DNA from: Macrostomum lignano
Lineage: Eukaryota
DNA length: 64,000 nucleotides
Reading direction: 5' to 3'
Assembly (NCBI GenBank): GCA_002269645.1
Contig: NIVC01000184.1
Coordinates: 372,001 to 436,000 of the forward strand
Position 1 is the first letter of the stretch, and each line of letters opens with the position of its first letter. Under the pieces are notes generated by a model that worked only from the letters and a program-made list of their open reading frames with translations, was not told the DNA's origin and did no database searches. The translations under genes and the position numbers were made by a program. Positions 63,508 to 64,000 of the stretch are shown in pieces.

Positions 63508-63620
63508 AATTTACATAGCTACCTTGTATTTCAAGCATACTACATTTGTTAAACAATTACTGCTAAAAATTTTAAGAAAATTATACTGTAATTTAACGAG
63601 TGTCACATTTTCACGGTCAG

Positions 63621-63787
63621 GTCTAGACCACGACATTCCAAAGCTGGGTCGCAGCAAAGCTGTGATCGTTTCCGGCATAGTATTCTCTGCCAACCGCGAC
63701 GTTGCAATGATCCAGGAGGCCAAACCATCTGCCCGAGGCCTCTGGTACCTGCCGGCTGGCAGACTCGAACTTAATGAGTCATTGGAA
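63621..63787 (+). CDS. NUDT18: Nudix hydrolase NUDT18-like, coding exon 2
   Basis: VAMIQEAKPSARGLWYLPAGRLELNESLE matches the NUDT18 motif IQEAK...WYLPAGR.E..E; donor GAA|GTAAGC; gene continues beyond the window. Confidence 0.85.
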
Positions 63788-64000
63788 GTAAGCAATAACT
63801 GCAATAGTTATTTACCATTATTTTAAATGATCTGCAAACATTGATCTTTAAAAAGTAAAGCATTAGTGTGCATTCAAGAGAATCATCTTGCCTATCTGAA
63901 ACACTGTTTGTGTCCCTGAAAATATTGTTTAATAAACTTTTTTTACCTAAAGGGCCAGATACAGAATCTAGCACAGGACTGCGGGCCAGAGGGGAGAGGA

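Overview
Repeat-rich eukaryotic (invertebrate) genomic window. Spliceosomal GT-AG introns, long (GACA)n arrays and GC-rich coding exons are consistent with a free-living flatworm such as Macrostomum (inference only). Host genes: (1) a 10-exon secreted alpha/beta-hydrolase (peptidase S9-like, ARB_06907-like family) on the minus strand. Its C-terminal four exons (39304-34049) lie upstream of its N-terminal six exons (31983-27567), so the gene is circularly permuted in this assembly, with matching splice phases across the break. (2) A small three-exon secreted protein with about 40% lysine (51081-51730). (3) A tandem pair of PAN/apple + C-type lectin genes, one intact and one frameshifted, plus a third relic. 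(4) The first two exons of a NUDT18-like Nudix hydrolase. (5) Two orphan ORFs. Mobile DNA: a degenerate Ty3/Gypsy element with TSD, tRNA-Ser PBS and a nested antisense solo LTR; two RTE-like LINEs; an internally deleted Crypton-type tyrosine recombinase element with palindromic ends; piggyBac and mariner remnants; two copies of a long-TIR foldback element; tRNA-derived SINEs. Tandem repeats include an 8.2 kb 35-bp satellite with higher-order structure and several minisatellites. All alignments and counts were done by eye, without database searches.
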